A stretch of DNA of 63,229 nucleotides, filler included, from Bonamia ostreae (taxonomy: Eukaryota), in assembly GCA_040357525.1 (NCBI GenBank). It is 29 parts of 29 records of this genome, joined end to end, with 100 filler letters (N's around TTAATTAATTAA, not from the genome) between each part and the next. Parts side by side here need not be neighbours in the genome. Positions count along the whole stretch, not along the records: positions 61,165 to 63,229 come from JBDODL010001074.1; 28 more parts are not named here. The stretch is one strand, 5' to 3'. Shown piece by piece: positions 61,300 to 63,229 of the stretch. Position 1 is the first letter of the stretch. Every line of letters begins with the position of its first letter. The position numbers and the translations under genes are program-made. The notes under the pieces were generated by a model. That model made no database searches, had not been told where the DNA came from, and worked only from the letters and a program-made list of their open reading frames with translations.

Positions 61300-63229
61300 T
61301 CATTTATTGACCTCAATTCTAATATCGCCGCGACTCTCTTCTAAAACAATTTTGCAGCCTTCGTAGATAACAGCGCTGTCATGCGCTTTCGCCAGCTCAT
61401 TTATTATCTTCCTGTCGACCTCGTTTTGTATCGATCTCGCGCCGTAATATTTGTTGTACCCTTTCGCAATCAAATCGACCACTCCGTTCGTCCACGTTAT
61501 TTTAATTTTGTGTCTTTGCATAGCTCTCTCAGCCCATTTTTCGAGTTCGATGCTTGTCAATGTTTTCAGTTCTTTTTCGTTGAACGGAAGGAAAAACAGA
61601 ATTTCGTTGATTCGTCCAATAAACTCGTCGCGATGAAAATGTTTATGGAGCACCGGGTATATTCTCTTTTCCACGAATTTCCTCGAAAGCCGCGTTGATT
61701 CGTCAGACAAAATTTGGGACTTTTCTGTTTTTTATTTCGGTAAAACCTTTTTCTATTTTTTGGTTAAATTGAGGGAGCACTGTGCGGCTTCTCGCATTCG
61801 AACGCAAAGACTCGGCTTCGTCTGCGATTTCTCTTTGGGCCAAATTGGAGGTCATCACGAAAATGGCTTTTGGGCAGTTGACCGTGTTGCCTCTCCCGTC
61901 TGTGATTCTCCCTTCGTCGAAAAGTTGTAACATTACAGTCAAAACGTCTGGATGCGCCTTTTCGACTTCGTCGAGCAAAACAACAGAATCTGGATTTTTT
62001 CGAAGTTTTTCTGTCAGTTGCCCGCCTTCGTCGAATCCAACGTATCTTAGAAAAACAATTTAAAGAAATTTTCCAAATTGTAAAAAATTGCAAATTTGCG
62101 ATTTTTAATAAAGCGATTTTAAAACAGTTTTTATTTAAAGAGATTTTTCCAAATTGCAAAAAATTTTTGAAAAATTTTCCTTTTGATAAAATTTGTTTAA
62201 ACGATTATGGCTAAAATTTAAACCCAGGCGGCGATCCGATAAACTTTGAAACTTCATGCCTTGTTTGGAATTCCGACTATTTTAAAGAATTATAAAAAAT
62301 ATTTTTATAATCGTAAAATTGAGAATTGCTATTTTCGCTTTTTCTTCTAAAAACTAGATCTAATCTAATGAAAGCTTCTTTCTTTTTAGGGTGCAAATAT
62401 TTTGCGATCTGCTTTGCCAGCTCTGTTTTCCCGACTCCTGAACTACCCAAAAACAGGAAAACGAGCGGTTTGTTATCATCTGACCAACCACTTTGTTTTC
62501 TTCGAATTGCTGCGGAGACAGAGTGGATTGGATCGATCTGTCCAACAATTCTAGATTTCAACTTTTAAAAATTTACAATTGCATTTTTCGCAATATTTAA
62601 TCAAATCTCTCCACTTTAAATTTTTTAACGGACGACAATTATCCATAAAACGAAGACTTTCGCTTTAGGATTGCATCCGTTAAATGAAAATAAGTTTTCT
62701 ATTTTGAAATTTAAATTTTACAATAAGCAGTTTTCTGCAAAATTGTTAATTGTCTAATTGCCAAATCTTCGCAAATTGAACGATATCTTCAAGAGGATTT
62801 TTCTGACGATATTCTCTTTCTTTTTTTAAGTTCTCATGAATATACTTATCGGCGTCTTCTCTCAAAGTTTTCTGTTTATAACATGTTTAAATTGGAAAAT
62901 GAAACCAAAACGTTTTTTTCATGCACTGAAAGCTGCGTTTTGCTGGTTAATAGATCTTCAGGTTTCTCTTTGCCAAAGCCTTTGCACGCGATCGATGGAT
63001 CCGCTCCATTATGGATAAGGAATTTGACGATGTCGATGTTGCCAGAGATAACAGCATAATGCAAAGGAGTGAAGCCATTCACGTCTGCAGACCTGTCTAT
63101 TTTTCTGAAACAGTCAAAGTTTATTTGAGTGTAGTGTTTGTAAAAATGCGCTTCGTTTGTTTCAGTTTCGACTGTTTTGTTCACGTCTGCGCCGTTTTCA
63201 ACTAGTAATTTGACCATTTCGAAATCGCC
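61300..63229 (-). CDS. CLPB: Skd3-type mitochondrial CLPB: ankyrin repeats + single AAA+ domain (5' truncated)
   Basis: [11 protein letters not shown]...[102 protein letters not shown]. Confidence 0.93.

Overview
This window is not one locus. It is 29 unrelated contigs of about 2.07-2.10 kb, sorted by decreasing length and joined by artificial 100-bp spacers (44 N + TTAATTAATTAA + 44 N), so adjacency across spacers means nothing. Two eukaryotic genomes are mixed. (1) About 22 contigs come from an AT-rich, very gene-dense protist. Its genes are broken by tiny (mostly 20-30 nt) GT-AG introns with unusual GTT donors and frequent AAG acceptors. They encode Pif1, TOP3B, DIM1, DBR1, SSRP1, UBE2K, MLH1, HSCB, NFS1, uS2m, alpha-tubulin, Dbf4, ZPR1, TatD, glutaminase, Skd3/CLPB and others, plus several Cys-rich surface proteins. 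(2) About 6 contigs are gene-poor animal DNA with conventional introns and repeats I recognise from oyster genomes (DZIP3-type HEPN gene, Roco gene, VWDE/D8C-like gene, decayed env-bearing retroelement). One LINE contig cannot be assigned to either genome. My inference is an oyster-infecting ascetosporean (Bonamia-like) parasite co-assembled with host DNA; this identity is not proven by the window. Most interesting: the GTT/AAG micro-intron system, a family of 6-Cys sushi-like surface proteins with a shared cytoplasmic tail motif, an animal-type ankyrin-AAA+ Skd3 in the protist, a candidate MITE family, an intron-containing StrG-like dioxygenase, and a spliced env locus in the host. All family assignments come from motif recognition, not database searches.
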